In this document: piece after piece, positions 12,892 through 26,018 of the stretch
Numbering within the stretch: the first letter of the stretch is position 1
Layout: every line of letters begins with the position of its first letter
Source: Patellaria atrata CBS 101060
Lineage: Eukaryota
Direction: 5' to 3'
Assembly: GCA_010093705.1 (NCBI GenBank)
Contig: MU006103.1
Location: forward strand, 186,001 to 250,000
DNA: 64,000 nt
Translations under genes and position numbers: made by a program
The notes under the pieces: generated by a model
What the model was told of the DNA's origin: nothing
Seen by the model: the letters and a program-made list of their open reading frames with translations, nothing else
Databases searched by the model: none

Positions 12892-14919
12892 CGACCCCAA
12901 ACTCCCCCCCAACATCCCACCTATCCCCCCGCGCAGCGGCACTGACAAACTTAACGAACCTCAACACGCCCGTATCCCTCAGGACCACATTCAGGGTCCC
13001 CCAACTTGGCGGAGACGTGAACAAGACGCCATCGTCGCCGTCGTCGTTGGATTGGTAGATCGCGGGGTCGGCTGTTTGTCTCGTGTGAGAGGGGGAGTCG
13101 TCGGCGGCCATGTAGACTTCGTAGCCGCCTAGGGAGGGGGGGTTTGTGTCGTCTTTGGGTTTATCTTTGGTTTTAGCTTTCTCGGGAGCGGGGGCGGGGG
13201 CAGATGTGGATGTCGAGGTCGAGGTCGAGGTCGAAGCGACGGGTGGGTGGGTGGAACTGTCTCTCGTCGTAGTCGCTATGGTGGGTACCGCATCCTCGGA
13301 CGCTGGGATAGCATCGTCATTGTCATCATCCTCATATCCATCTCCATCACTATCCGCCTCGCCATTCCCGCCGTCTTCCCCCTCACCCCAGCCCCCAGAA
13401 GGCGTGATGTTTAGACAAACCTCCAACAGCGGTTCCTCCTCCTCATACGCCGTAGCGAGCGTATAATCCATGCCCCTCCTGAACCTCCGCGCGACAATAT
13501 TCGTGCGTATGATCGTACACCCCGTCACGAGGCCCAGCCACTTCGCAAACTGCGCGCTGGGGAAGAACTCATCGACAAGCTCGTCATACGGGGTTTGCGG
13601 CGTAGCCCCCATTTCCGGGGCCGCGGGATGTCGGTAGAGGAAGCGGTGTTTGTGCGGCGGACGCGCGATGCCGGAGTTCGGGGCCAGGGGGCCGATGGCG
13701 TGGATGTTGGGATCTCGCTCTGCGGTTTCGAGAAACTCGCGGAGACGGGTGGAGAAGTTCGGTGCGAGGAGGGAGGAGAGGCGGAGGGAGGAGTCTTCGG
13801 TGAAGAGGTCGTTGAGCTCTTCGACTGTGGTCGGGGTGAGGTACGTAGGGGCGATGAAGCGGAGCAGGAACTCGAGGTCCGATTCCGTTAATTGTTCCTC
13901 CCCGTCATCGTCATCATTATCCTGTTCCTCGGCGGTGGAGGGTGCAATTTCCCGCCACTGCGGCTGCGGGAGGTCGTATTTGTCTGTTTTGCTCTGTAGT
14001 TGTTGCAGCGAGCTCTTTTCCGCCAGTTTAGCTTCGAGACCTGGTTCGTATCCTTCCTCGCCTTCTTGCGGGATGTGGTACCAGCCGCTAATCGCCATTC
14101 GAACCCTCCCTTCATCCTCTTCCTCGCTCTCCCCTTCACCCCGTACATATACCTCCTCGACATCATGGAAGCTCTCCCCCGGCTGCACCGCAAAGAAGCT
14201 CAACTGATTCCACGCCGGCGGAATGCTAACCGTAAAATCCGGTGTCGGGATTTTCATCTCCACCCCTTCCTCATCCCTAAACGTCTCGGTCGGATACAAC
14301 CTCAACGCGCCACCCCACTCCTTCCTCCACGGCTTATCCGGATCCGTCAAGTACAGAATATAGCTGACCCTCCTACTCCCAATCACATCATCGTGGCACA
14401 GCAGATGGCAACCCGGGGTATATACGTTGATAGCCATATCCGTTTTCCTCCCGCTTAACGGACCCGCGTCCGCGATGTGCGAGACGTACTTCCTGAACGC
14501 AGTGCTGTATAGCGCATCGCGCAACGTGAGCAGCGAGGGCAATTTGGCCAGCGAGGAGTCATCCAAACCATCCAAATTGGCGAGATCGCCGGATTGATGG
14601 ATTCTGTAGATGTCGGTTTCTTTGGGCGTGAAGGAGAGGTGGTTGCGGATTTCATCGCGCACGAAGCGAAGGAGAGTGTCATCGATTAGGTTGGATATCA
14701 CCGCATGTTTGTACCTAGGAGAGTAAGATTGGATAATCTAGAAGTGGTCAATTGGTGGATTAAGTACGGTTCAGAAATTTTATAGGAGTCTGTGTACTGC
14801 TCGAGCACTTTGGTGTCGAATAGGCCTTTGCGAAATTTGCTTTGCGCCTCTTCGTCTGATATGGCGCGCTTTTTGGATTTACCATTGGTAATTGCTCCCT
14901 CAGAAGCTTTACGTTTCAT
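12892..14919 (-). CDS. TPA1: uS12 prolyl 3,4-dihydroxylase Tpa1/Ofd1 (2OG-Fe(II) oxygenase); stop codon lies in the gap
   Basis: MKRKAS...SEP|YKHAVI (one intron); KETDIYRIHQSGDLANL; Fe-ligand motifs HLLCHDDVIGSRRVSYILYL and SFHDVEEV; C-domain RRFRRGMDYTLAT and LRFVKFVS. Confidence 0.95.
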
Positions 14920-15025
14920 TATGGGGAAGTTCGTATAAAGAAATAGGAATTCAGAGCAAGAAGAAAGAGGTCTTGAATAATGCTGTGTGTTTGAAGCTTG
15001 TGCGAATTTCAACAGATAGAACGGT

Positions 15026-15036
15026 CTTATCGATAA
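15026..15036. promoter_or_regulatory. Palindromic CTTATCGATAA element about 110 bp upstream of TPA1
   Basis: cttatcgataa seen directly. It resembles the double-GATA element I recall from filamentous-ascomycete ribosome-biogenesis promoters; function here is inferred. Confidence 0.4.
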
Positions 15037-15463
15037 AGGTTCAACAACTTACATCCAAATTAGGCCAAGACTCAAATAAGATAGTAATTGAACTTTCCTA
15101 AAAATTGCAGTAATGGAAATTGTCCATATTGTGAGGCATTGAATATGACATGAAAGGAGCGGCATTATATTTAGGTCGCAGGGGATCATAATGGATTTCC
15201 CATTGCGTGTCGCTTCACTTTCATATTCAGTTCGTAGAATCGATTGGATGTTATTCATCTCAACTACCTATAATTACAAAAAATCCATCGAACTAGCGCA
15301 CCAGATACCGAACAAACGATTTCCCTGGAAAGAGAACATGGGCGATGTCCCCACCTCTAAACACCGACAAGTGTGAGTGAAAACCCAGGGGATAGTCTGA
15401 CCTGAGACAGTCCCATAACCCATCAAGGAAATTCTTTTTATCGATGAGCTTGCATACCAATTT

Positions 15464-18372
15464 CTAGTAGTTCAACTCGCCGCTTCCATTTGCGCCAACA
15501 GCATCTAAGTCTTCATAGCTTCTCAAGCTCCTACCTTGAACAGCTTCTCTGGGTCCTACAGTTGCCGCTCCTCCTTCCGTAAACCCTCTTCCAGCTCCTC
15601 TACCGATGCCTCTCGGTGGTGTCAAGCGTCCTGCATTCGAGCTCCAGCGGGCATTCCTGAGATCTTTTCCGGGACGTCCATACGGCATACTACTATTGCT
15701 ATTGAACCGACCTCCACGCCGCATGGGTCCGGCAGCGTGACGATCATCAGCATCCATGGTACCTGGGTTGAAGTTGAATCCAGTTTGACCGAAGAAAGCT
15801 GATATAGCAGCTGGATTAGGCAAGGTACCCTGCATACCTGCTATATTGAAGGGTAGGGAATTCGCGAGGTTGAAACCGCGAGGGGTACCAGCCGGAGCAT
15901 GATTATTGGTTGGAAAATGCCCATTACTGCTGGAATCACTTCGAGATGGAGCAATATGAGCGGGATCCAAGACATATGTGTTGACCAGGTTGACCTACTA
16001 AAGTCAGTTTGGAAATTGGAAAGTCGGTATATTGAACACTTACATCTGACTGAATCTTCTCGAAGAACTCACTATGTCTCTTTTCAACGTGCTTCCTCCA
16101 GAAAATTTGACCTTTGAAGAGCTTGGTACATTCTGGAACCTTGCATCTAAACTTGGCCTCATCCTCTTGCTTGACATACTTGGACAGTTCCTCTTCGAGC
16201 GCTTCTTCTAATGGTTTACCTCCGAGTTTCCTGATATCAACATTCTCAGGCTCAAGGATTTGAAGTAGCTTCTCCTCGTAGGTTTTCACCCAGTTGAAAG
16301 CACGTTGTAGCTGCTGTTGGGTCTTATTACCCCTATTGAACTTCTTTTCCTCTACTGGAGAGCCCGTTCCATCATTATCTGCAGCAGAAGATTCCTGCTT
16401 TCTCTGATGAGGGAACGGGAGTCCGAGGGCGCTCGCACGAGCAGCAGCTTTAGATGAACTCATCAACGAGGATCGGGGTCGGCGAAGATGTCCTCCCGGA
16501 CATTTGCGTATAAGCTCATGGACAGAGTCGCTTTCAAAAACACAGAAGAAACAGAAATTGAAGACGCGTCGGAGATACTCAACTAAAAGATCAAGTTTCT
16601 TCTTCTTCGCTAGAAGCTCTTCATCATCTACTTCATCGTCGTACGCTCCCTCCTCGTCCTCGTCATTAGCTTCTTCACCTTCCTCAACCTCATCGGGGAC
16701 TTCTTCCAACTTAAGAGCCGGTGCATTATCCGCAGGTTGGAGCCAACCTTTGCTACGGAGATCTTCAACTTTTTGTTCGATCTTGGAGACACCACTATAC
16801 TCTTCTCCAAGTTCCTTATCAAGTTTAGCGACTAAACGGGTTGCAAGAGAGAGATCTTTTTCAACCCGTTCCGGAGCCGAGAAAAGGTCCCACAAAGCCT
16901 TCTTTCGGATGACTTGCGGAGACTCATGAACTCCGACGTGACAAGTGAAATCGCCTCGCTCCTCGTCGTGGATAGTCTTGCCATTGATCTCGGCGAGAGC
17001 TTTTTGAGCAGTCGTTTGAACGGGTGTCTCTTCCTTCACGGTGTTGTCTTCGCCATCTTCCATGTCGGTATCACGTCCATCGCCACGTTCATCTTTCGCT
17101 TCCTGATCGTTGCCCGGATTAAGGATCACCCAACCGATACGATGACATTTTTTAAGAGGGTTAGGGTCGCTGAGGGTGAGCCACTTAAAACCACCATCAC
17201 CTTCACTCAAATGCTCTTTACAAAATGCTTCCATCTTGTCCCTGCTTACTGTAGGTGCGATTGTCTTGATGAGTAAAGTTGGTTGGAAGGCAGTCTCATC
17301 ACGTATATCTCCACCCCTTGAGGGTACAAGATCACCGACCCCAAGAACTTCATTTGCGGCAGTAGTCTCTCCCTCTTCCTTTTCAATGATGCCACCCGCG
17401 CCGTTACTCTCATTTTTGTAAATACCCTCTAGTGTAAAATCATCAAACACCCCAGATTGGAGATCTCGGACCCATTGATCATAGAGACCGCGGCGATAAG
17501 TGCTCAGCTTTTCCCTAAACGCTGCTCTAGCTACAGGATCGTAACGTTCCTTGAACCATTCTTCACCTTTGTGTTGTTGGACAAAAGACTTTGACATTTG
17601 GACTTGGAGTTTTTCTTTGTACTGGTCATAAGCCGCTTGAATTTGCTCTCGCTCTTTCGTACGTTCCTCTCGAGCTTCTTTCTCGCCCTTGAGTCGTTCT
17701 ACACGTCGACCACCATTCTTCTGACGTTCCCGTTCCTCTTTTATCACCTGGTCCATCCGCCACCACTCAGCAAACCAAGTGAAGCCTACTTGAAAGTCCA
17801 GTGTCATGGGATTCGGCATAGGATTTTGCGTTAAGGTAGGTTGAGGTGGTTCTTGTCCAGGAACGTATCTATCAATACCTGCCTGGACAGGAGGTGGTGA
17901 GCCACGTCGACGATGTTGATCATCACGGCGACCACCATAATAGTCATCTCGAGATCTATCAGGTTGATACCTGTCAATGTTATGGGGGGAGCGTGAACGT
18001 GCACGGTTTGGACGAGTTCTTCTATCATTAGCCACTAAACTTTGTTAGTGAGGTAGTCCGAATCGATGAAGAAATGCGAAGTTCTATCAAGAACGGATGC
18101 GTGGATGAACTCTGAGGGTTTAGGAAAAGAGCAAGCTTATTTCGTTACTTGAGATAGCGAGACCTCAGGGAAGAAATCGAGTGTACCAATAACGATATAA
18201 GGTAGTATGATAAAGAAGCTGTATATCAGAGAAGGTGTTGTGCTGAAGGCTTACCAGGAGACCTGCGCCTGTATGAGTCGATCGACTGGCGACTAGTGTC
18301 ATCGCGCCTGCTTGAGTGGTTAAATAGTGTCGCGGCAATTTCTGGCGTGAAGACATACTGATAGGAATCCAT
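15464..18372 (-). CDS. ARS2: SERRATE/Ars2 RNA-processing factor
   Basis: EWFKERYDP, EYLRRVFNFCFFC and C2H2 finger FRCKVPECTKLFKGQIFWRKHVEKRH. The 5' exons are inferred: MDSYH / RRDD...RRRSP / VANDRR, with ATG at 18372. Confidence 0.9.
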
Positions 18373-19302
18373 AACTAATTTTGTTCAATGGCTAGAGATG
18401 AATTGTGATAATGGAAGAAGGTTTGACCTTCTATGAGACGAATACCGTTTGCCAGTAGAGAGAGATTGCCAATCAAGAAAAGGCGCAACAATCCGGATGC
18501 GTGGGTTATCGCGTAGCGTCAGGTAATCGCGGTAGGGAAGAGGTATATGACCACGGTCCTAGCAGGAGAGAAGCTGTTTGCCAACATGACTTCGCGTTAG
18601 ATATGTTTGATAAATAAGTGACAAAGAAGTAAGCGTAACGTATAAAGGATGAAGTTCAAGGTAGGTTTGATATGAAGTGACAAAAGGACATTGATCTAAT
18701 AACAGATACGAATATGCCCTGTGAGATGTCGTCTGGATGAAGAAAAAGACAAAGACTTGGGTAGGGCGCGTGAGAGTCCCGCGAACGAGAGGCTGAAGGG
18801 AAAGCTATATATATGTGTAGATTGGTAGGCGGAAGGGGATATCTTGGGGATTTGAACGAACAAGAATAGGGTCGTATCCAAAGTTTGAAAAATAGGCGGT
18901 AGCACTCACGATGTGCAAGCCCTTGCTGAAGACAGAGCTCATTAGATGAGGGTTGGTGTTGTTGGAGGAGATCAAAGGTGGTTGTCATGCCGGTGGAGAG
19001 TTGAGCTATGGCGGCACAACATCGGTAGTTTTAGAAAGATAATCTGTCACGCCAAGAGTCTCCGCGTTTCGATCCCTGACTGGTGTATTCTACCGCGCGA
19101 TAAGCCAATCGCGACCTGAAACCAATTAGGGTTAGTGAGTACTGGTGATGTTACTGTCGAACCACCTCATGTCATTACACTGATGAGAACGTGTTCTATT
19201 GTAAAGAAGTCTAAGGTATCAATTGATATAAAAGTGTACTTTGTCACTAAGTTTGCCTTCCATCTTCAATCTGAATTTACTCTTTGAGTTACTACACGCA
19301 CG

Positions 19303-20085
19303 ATGACGACCTATATATCCTCACTTACAATCCCATCATTCATACTGGAGAAGCCGGCAGCATCCATTCTACTTCCAATAGCTTTAGGAACTGCTGTTGG
19401 TTTCTCAACACGGCGTACGTTTAATCCTTTGTGTCTCTTCTGTTCGAGAGTATAACATTGACCTATAACTCCAGCGGACCGTACCAGGAATACATACCGT
19501 ACGATCAAGAATCCACCAGGCCATCCACCTCCTGCTGCCTTTGGCCCAGTATGGACTGTGCTCTATGGATGTATGGGTTACGCTGCTTATCGTGTCTGGA
19601 CTACCGGTATGAACGTCTTTGATGCAAAGACTACCCTGTTGGCTAAGGTATGACAAACGACTTCCCCCATTCTGTTCATTTCCGATGTAACCCTCAAAGA
19701 TGTATGGAGAAAATATTTTAACAACTGCTTCTTACTATAGCAAGGTGCAACCTTATATTCCATCCAGCTCGGCCTCAACTTACTTTGGATGCCTTTGTTC
19801 TTTGGCTTGGGGCGCCCTATAGAAGCCACTGCTGATATTGTCACTTTGACGGGTCTGAATGCATACCTTACTTATATCTATAGCAAGGTTGATCCAGTAG
19901 CTGCGTGGTTGCAGATGCCATATGTAGCATGGCTATCGTATGCAACTTATCTAAGTGTATGTCCAATGTCATTGAATGATGCTACAACAAACCTGATAGC
20001 AGTGCTAACTTTCGTATAGGCTGGTGCGGGATACTTGAATGACTGGAGCTTTGAGGGTAAGGAACTAGGGTCCAAAGATGACTAG
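19303..20085 (+). CDS. TspO/MBR translocator protein, 4 exons
   Basis: Spliced: MTTYISSLTIP...PPGHPPPAAFGPVWTVLYGCMGYAAYR...QLGLNLLWMPLFFG...PYVAWLSYATYL...GYLNDW; TAG at 20083-20085. Confidence 0.93.
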
Positions 20086-20821
20086 GGAAACCGTACGAGT
20101 GTAAAATTTGTGGTCTACTATGCAATATGATTCGTGAACATAGTATAAGCTCGTTGATTCCACACCGTGACCATCTTATATACCAACCCATCATCGTTGC
20201 GCCCCTTCGATCTCACATCAACTGAACTCTTCCTTGCAGAGACTTGCTTTATAGCTTACAGAGAAAAGTCAAAACTTCTCAAAGTTCGCACATCTCCATC
20301 ACTTATTGCGTCTGGGCGCTCGCCAGGTCTCGTATTTCCATTTTCAAATCTCTAGATCAAGTAGAACCTGTCATATTGAATACTACCCACACCCACTTCT
20401 CAGATAAGAACTATACACTCAATCCAACGCAACCTCCCGAACCTTTGAAAGGAGCATAGTTCGTTTGTGTAGCCAATAGAAGCGGCTAAAAGGAATCTTT
20501 CATCTTTATTTCCCTTTCTTGCCAATCAACTAGCAGTCAATATTTGGGGTTTACCGATCGAGCAGCGCTGACCCGACTTCTACTAGACCAAGTAAGGCCT
20601 AAGGATTACTTATATTCCCTCTTCCTCAGGGTCCCAGGGGATCGAGGTTCTTTTACAAAAATACAATCCTCTTTCTCTTTTTTTCGTTTCATTCAACTCT
20701 CCTCAACACCAAACCCCTATCAACCAACCCTTAAATATGAAATCTATCCATCACCCACATCCGAAACCGAAGCGAGAGATCCCTTATAACAATTCATCGA
20801 GATCCCGCACGCAACACGAAA

Positions 20822-23443
20822 CTAATCTAAAAACGTCAAGATATCCGACGCAGTATCGATAGCTCGCGCGAGGAATAGACTCCATTCCTTCGCCAGTGGG
20901 AGATTGCCGTCTTGCAATCCTTCTATGATCGCTGGGTAGGTTTGTGCGGCGTAGCCTGGGTACGGGAAGTCAGAAAAATATCGAGACCTGTTGAGAACAA
21001 TAGAAGTGTATGCATGGCAAGTCAAAGCAGCTGTGAGATGCGAACAAGACTGGGGTGTGATAGGTGGCATGACGATAGAGCACGCAGGAAGATAACTCAC
21101 CATCGTCGCGATTGGGTGCATACAACGCATTCTTGTAGAATGACCTCCCAGGCAACCCACTCTTCTGCACGAACACCCTCTGAAAATCCTTCAACTTCTT
21201 ATTCGCCAGCGCGACTTTAGTAGCGTCGTTCAAGAACTGCGGTTGCCGTGTAAGCTCCTCAAAATCGTTAGCAACTCTTTGAAAATTCCGTGCTGCATCG
21301 ATGAGAGTGGTTAGGTTAATTGCTTGTTGGACTTGTCCGACATTGGGCATTCCGGTAGTCATACCGACGACATCGCGAGCCCAGTAATTGAGGTTTCGGC
21401 CGTACGCGTCTAGGTCGAAGGGGAGCAGCGGGTCGTCTGCGAGGTGGTATGCGAGGAGGGTGATGTATTGTCCGACTGCTTTGTGGATCTTGAAACCGGG
21501 ATCGGCGAAGGTGGACATCCAGTAATAGGAATCGTAGTTGCTGTGGTAGTGGTATACGGGGTCTTTTGATCCACCGGACATTTGGAAATGGAGCTACGAA
21601 ACAACTTGTATCAGTATAGTGGTTCAACCGAGATCAAGGACTTGAGTGAGAAAAGAAATGTTAGAAATACTTACCGCGCCAATCCCGAGCTGCAGGAAAG
21701 GGGTATAATCACTGCCGCTCCCAAGATTCCCGAACCCGTTATCCTCGGGCAAGAATCGGTATAAGGACTCCCAAGTATCATAAAGAGTCTGTGTTCCATA
21801 TATAACCTTCTTCATTACCTCTTGAGCAATACTGCGAAGTTCAGGGGTAGCATCAGCGGTGGGTAGGGGGCCGGAGACGGCAATATCGAGATTGAGATAG
21901 CTTATTGCTGTTCCTGCGAGCCATGGTGCGTATTCTTCAACCCATTCAGTGGAACCTACCAAAGCATACTCCTCTGCGTCCCACGAAGCAATCACACTGG
22001 TTGAAAAAGTGTTAACTCAGAGATTAAAGACATATACCCTTGCAGCGTAACTTACATATTCCTTCTGGGCTTCCATCCAGTCTTTGTGAGAGCCCCAAAG
22101 GCTTTTGTTACTTCTATAAGAACCGCTGTACCAGAGTTAGGATCTGCAGCACCACCCACGATCCATGCGTCACGGTGATTTCCGATGATGATAGTCTCGT
22201 CCGCCTGGGTACCATTGATAATTCCTATAACATTCCAAATGGGCGTAATCGCATCCTTCATGACGTTAGACATCGAAATAGCTATGCCCGGAGCAGGACC
22301 GGTGCTGTAAGTAACGTTGAGTCCTCCTATCCAACCCCCTCGGTTTACGCTCTTTGCAGTTGCGCCATGTCCATCTAGTGCGGCCAGGAGCGGTATTGCA
22401 TCGCGATATGAGATGGGAAGAGAGGGGATTTTAGGAAGGATCTCGGATCCGGATGTGCGCGCAGCTCCAGGCTTTGATGGGTATCCAGGGGTCGTAGGAT
22501 CTTTGGAAATTTCAGATAATGGAATCAAGAAATTGTTAGAAATAAACCTACCGCCTATATAATTGTTAATGTACGCAACCGAGCCTCGTTGAAGCGACGA
22601 TGGATGTCTAGCGGGACCATCTATATGCGTTTAGTAGTCTGATGGCGGTGATTTAGAGATATACCTACCTGGATAGACTCTGTCTCCCTTTGCTGCTTGT
22701 GGCCCATCACTGCCGGGATCACTGAAGATGATGACACCGGCCATACCGTTTGCCTCAGCATTTTGCACTTTCTTGCCTCGAAACGGTCCCCCATACTTCA
22801 CGAGTGCTATTTTCCCTTCTAGGACAATACCGAGTTGTGTTAAGCGCCGGAAATCATCTTTATGACCTTGTCTGGAACCTTGCTGTTAGAATCGGAATCT
22901 TTAAGCACCGAAACTCAATGAAGTCCTGCATAGATATGAAGCTTACCCAACATATATGTACTCTGCCGTGACATTTCCCGATGCAGAATAACCGTGGAAA
23001 GCAGGTACACTATTCGCAGCGTTCGTAGTTGAATCTTGCGCCAGAGCATCCTCAAAGAGTTGGGCAGTATATTTACTACCATTCGCATAATTCAAAGATA
23101 ATGAAGATGACACTGGATAATTAAGGTATACTTCGTATTCCACTAGAGACGAGGGGACACCATTTAATATCCACTTTCTAGCAGTTTCCTGAGCGATGGA
23201 CTTATTTCGACCAGCTACATGGTCGCCGTGAGTATAATAGGAGCTCCAAGCGTCTATCTCAACGCTATCAAAAGAATTGGACAGTATTGTCTCATGATTG
23301 GTCCAGGAGGGAGGAAATGGTTCAGCGCGGGGGATGAGAAGCGGGCCGGACCCCTGTTCTTCGAACCGTGAATCCGGGAACTCCCTCTGACAAGCGGCTG
23401 TGAAAGCCGGAAGAGCCGAAAAAACATAAAGAAGCCGTCTCAT
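20822..23443 (-). CDS. Glutamate carboxypeptidase II-like M28 peptidase (PA, M28 and TfR-dimer domains)
   Basis: Signal peptide; Zn/catalytic motifs GNHRDAW, GAADPNSG, SWDAEEY, YLNLD, GSGSDY and YHYHSNYD are all intact; multi-exon. Confidence 0.92.
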
Positions 23444-26018
23444 CTCGTCACCCGATTAGGTTGTCGATTAGAAAGAAATATAAGGAATGAAGCTTAGAGA
23501 CCGTCATCGATTTAAAGCAACATACATCAGTCTTATAACGTTTGTAACACGGTACAAGCGCCCTACCTATATTGAACCTGGGGTAGAATATTACAAATGT
23601 TTTAATTGTTTTCAAGCAAACCGGGTAGAGACCCCTTTAGCATGTACCTAGTTAAGTACTTTACCCGGACACTGCAGAAGAAAAGGTGTCCGTCCACTGG
23701 ATTCGGGGATCCTTACAATACAAGCTTTGCTTCTCCAGGATTCCCCGCTTTGTATATCGTCCCACCAGACTCTTTTCAAATGAAAAAGTAATTTCCGTTG
23801 GCGAGAAGGCTGTGGATGGTTAGATTCCAAGACATGGAGCTTATCATATCGGGAAAGAAGTTAATAACTTTAAGAGAAGTAGTACGGAGCTAGATGCCAT
23901 GGAGCAGATATACAAGTACAAAGTACGACCCAGGCGTATGATCGTATCTCCTGATACTCCTCCGTAGTCGCATCAAGAGACCCTTCCTTTTCTTTTATAG
24001 GATCCATTTCCACGTTCAGCAGGTATGATGATTTGGAATCGTTGACCCATTCCCCTCTTCATCCAAGACGAATCTACTTATCCGTATACGGTTCCAGCAT
24101 AGTGTTGCAGCGGACTCAATCGGGCCCATTGACATTCCATACTTTAAAATTATCATTCCTCATTAGACAACCAGCTGTACTCGACGATATTCATGAGATG
24201 TCCTTGCTCTTGAACGGTGGGAGTATCCAGAAGATGATATCGCAAAATGGGGAGCGCACCGGAGAGGTGTGTACAGGATGACCTTAGAAGTAACATCTAC
24301 GATGCATCGTAGAAATTTTGGGAGCATCGATTAAAGAGTTTTCTCATGATATTCATACCCTTGAGTGAACGAAAGAGATGTTGGAAGTTTATTGCAATTC
24401 GAAAGAAATTTATTCAAGGCGACCGACCGACCAGCGGTTATGGTATTATGTAATCTGTGTGGGGGTTGGCTAAGACAATAATACTTCATCTCATCCTATA
24501 TTCTGCGAAGAACCTGAACTTGAAGCTGATGAATTGGGTCTCAGCAGTGATATAATCCCAATAGACTCCTTTAGTCCCCTCCCTCGCATATATTTGAATC
24601 TAAGTTTAAGAAAGTAAAAGACTGTACAAGGTTAAAGACATATGGAGCTCTCCATACAGCAGTTGCCTCCTCCTTCGCATAAGAAATTCGTAACCTATTC
24701 CTCTTCTCCTATAATGAAGCAAAAAAATATAATTAAGGAAAAAATACAATTCATTAAAGCAAAAAGGAAAAGAATAAAAATAGACGTAAATTTTAGAAAA
24801 TGCAAAAATACATATAATACACGTCAGCATGTCTCGAACCCCATTCGTTTAGATTTACAGATAGGAAATTGACTAGTGACAAAGGAAAACCCAAGCTATT
24901 GCCCATGCTGCCATATGGAGCACTGCGAAAAAATTTAAATATATAGGACATGTCTAGTTCCTAAATGGGTAATAACAAAGTTTGTGATTATTTGCATTCC
25001 GCCCGAGTTCTACCTTTCTTCTTAGGTGAGTTCCTCGCTAAGACACGTTCCATGTACGGAGAATGTACGAGGGTATTTTCAAAGTTCTAAGGTAATCACA
25101 AGCGCCTTGTTCTAATCGGTTCTTCTGAACTTTGAAACTGATATATTTCCTCCCATTCCTACGATATCACCAATTCGTGGGTTTGATACTTAATATGGAG
25201 AGGTGTGACGCATGGCCTATATAATGACACACTACATCAGACAGAAAGGGTAGCAATAGTATCATAGGACATTCGGACCCCACATTTAGAACTAAACAAA
25301 CCGTTGAAGCCGTCATTATACATATACAAACCTTTTCCCGCATATCGAACTCTGTCCTAGGCCCGCGAGACTCGCCACGAACTTTCCCACGACGACCGCG
25401 ATCAGTCTAAACGCCACCTGCAGCTCGCCGTTCATGATGTCGTTATCACTTCATCTCCTCCACACACACCACCATAATCCATTTGACCATCAAACGCCCC
25501 CAAGCAATTCACAAATACCAGTTATATCTCGAAGCGAGGAGGCCCCAGATGTCCCAACTCCCCACTAGATAATTACCGGATAGAGTAACTTTATCAGTTT
25601 GGTTGAAAAGAAAGAAGATCGAAAACAAACCAGGGGTCTACCATGGCATTGTTCGAATTGGTGCACGATATATCCCCTTTGCTGGCACGGTTGGCATTCA
25701 TGGCGTCCTGCGCGCTTACTGAGTATGTACCGGCAATGGTATTCTGCAACTTACGATGAGTGTGGTGTGGAGTAAGGGAGGTGTGGAAATACAAAATATC
25801 CTTTCGTCTCTTCGAATGCTAGATAGTTTCCATAGGAGCAAAACAAAGTCATACATCAAACTAAGAAAGGGATCAGCCAAAGAAGTCATATTCTTACTCA
25901 ATTAAGGAGATACAGAAAGATAGACCTTCATAAGTGCTTACCATGGTTGCTGGAACCGGGGTATACCAGCCAATATTACACGTCATATACATACAGCAAC
26001 AATAAACCTCCTTCTCTC

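Noticed and set aside
10880..14701. Long ORFs of 345-1052 aa spanning the N run
   Set aside because: Artefacts of translating through the gap; they fuse two convergent genes.
18062..18079. ATCGATGAAGAAATGCGA resembling two pieces of 5.8S rRNA, antisense within the ARS2 intron
   Set aside because: The match is short and gapped with no convincing C/D or H/ACA boxes on the transcribed strand; chance is plausible.
24700..24830. A-rich stretch as a RIP-decayed transposon
   Set aside because: Low complexity only; no termini or coding remnant.
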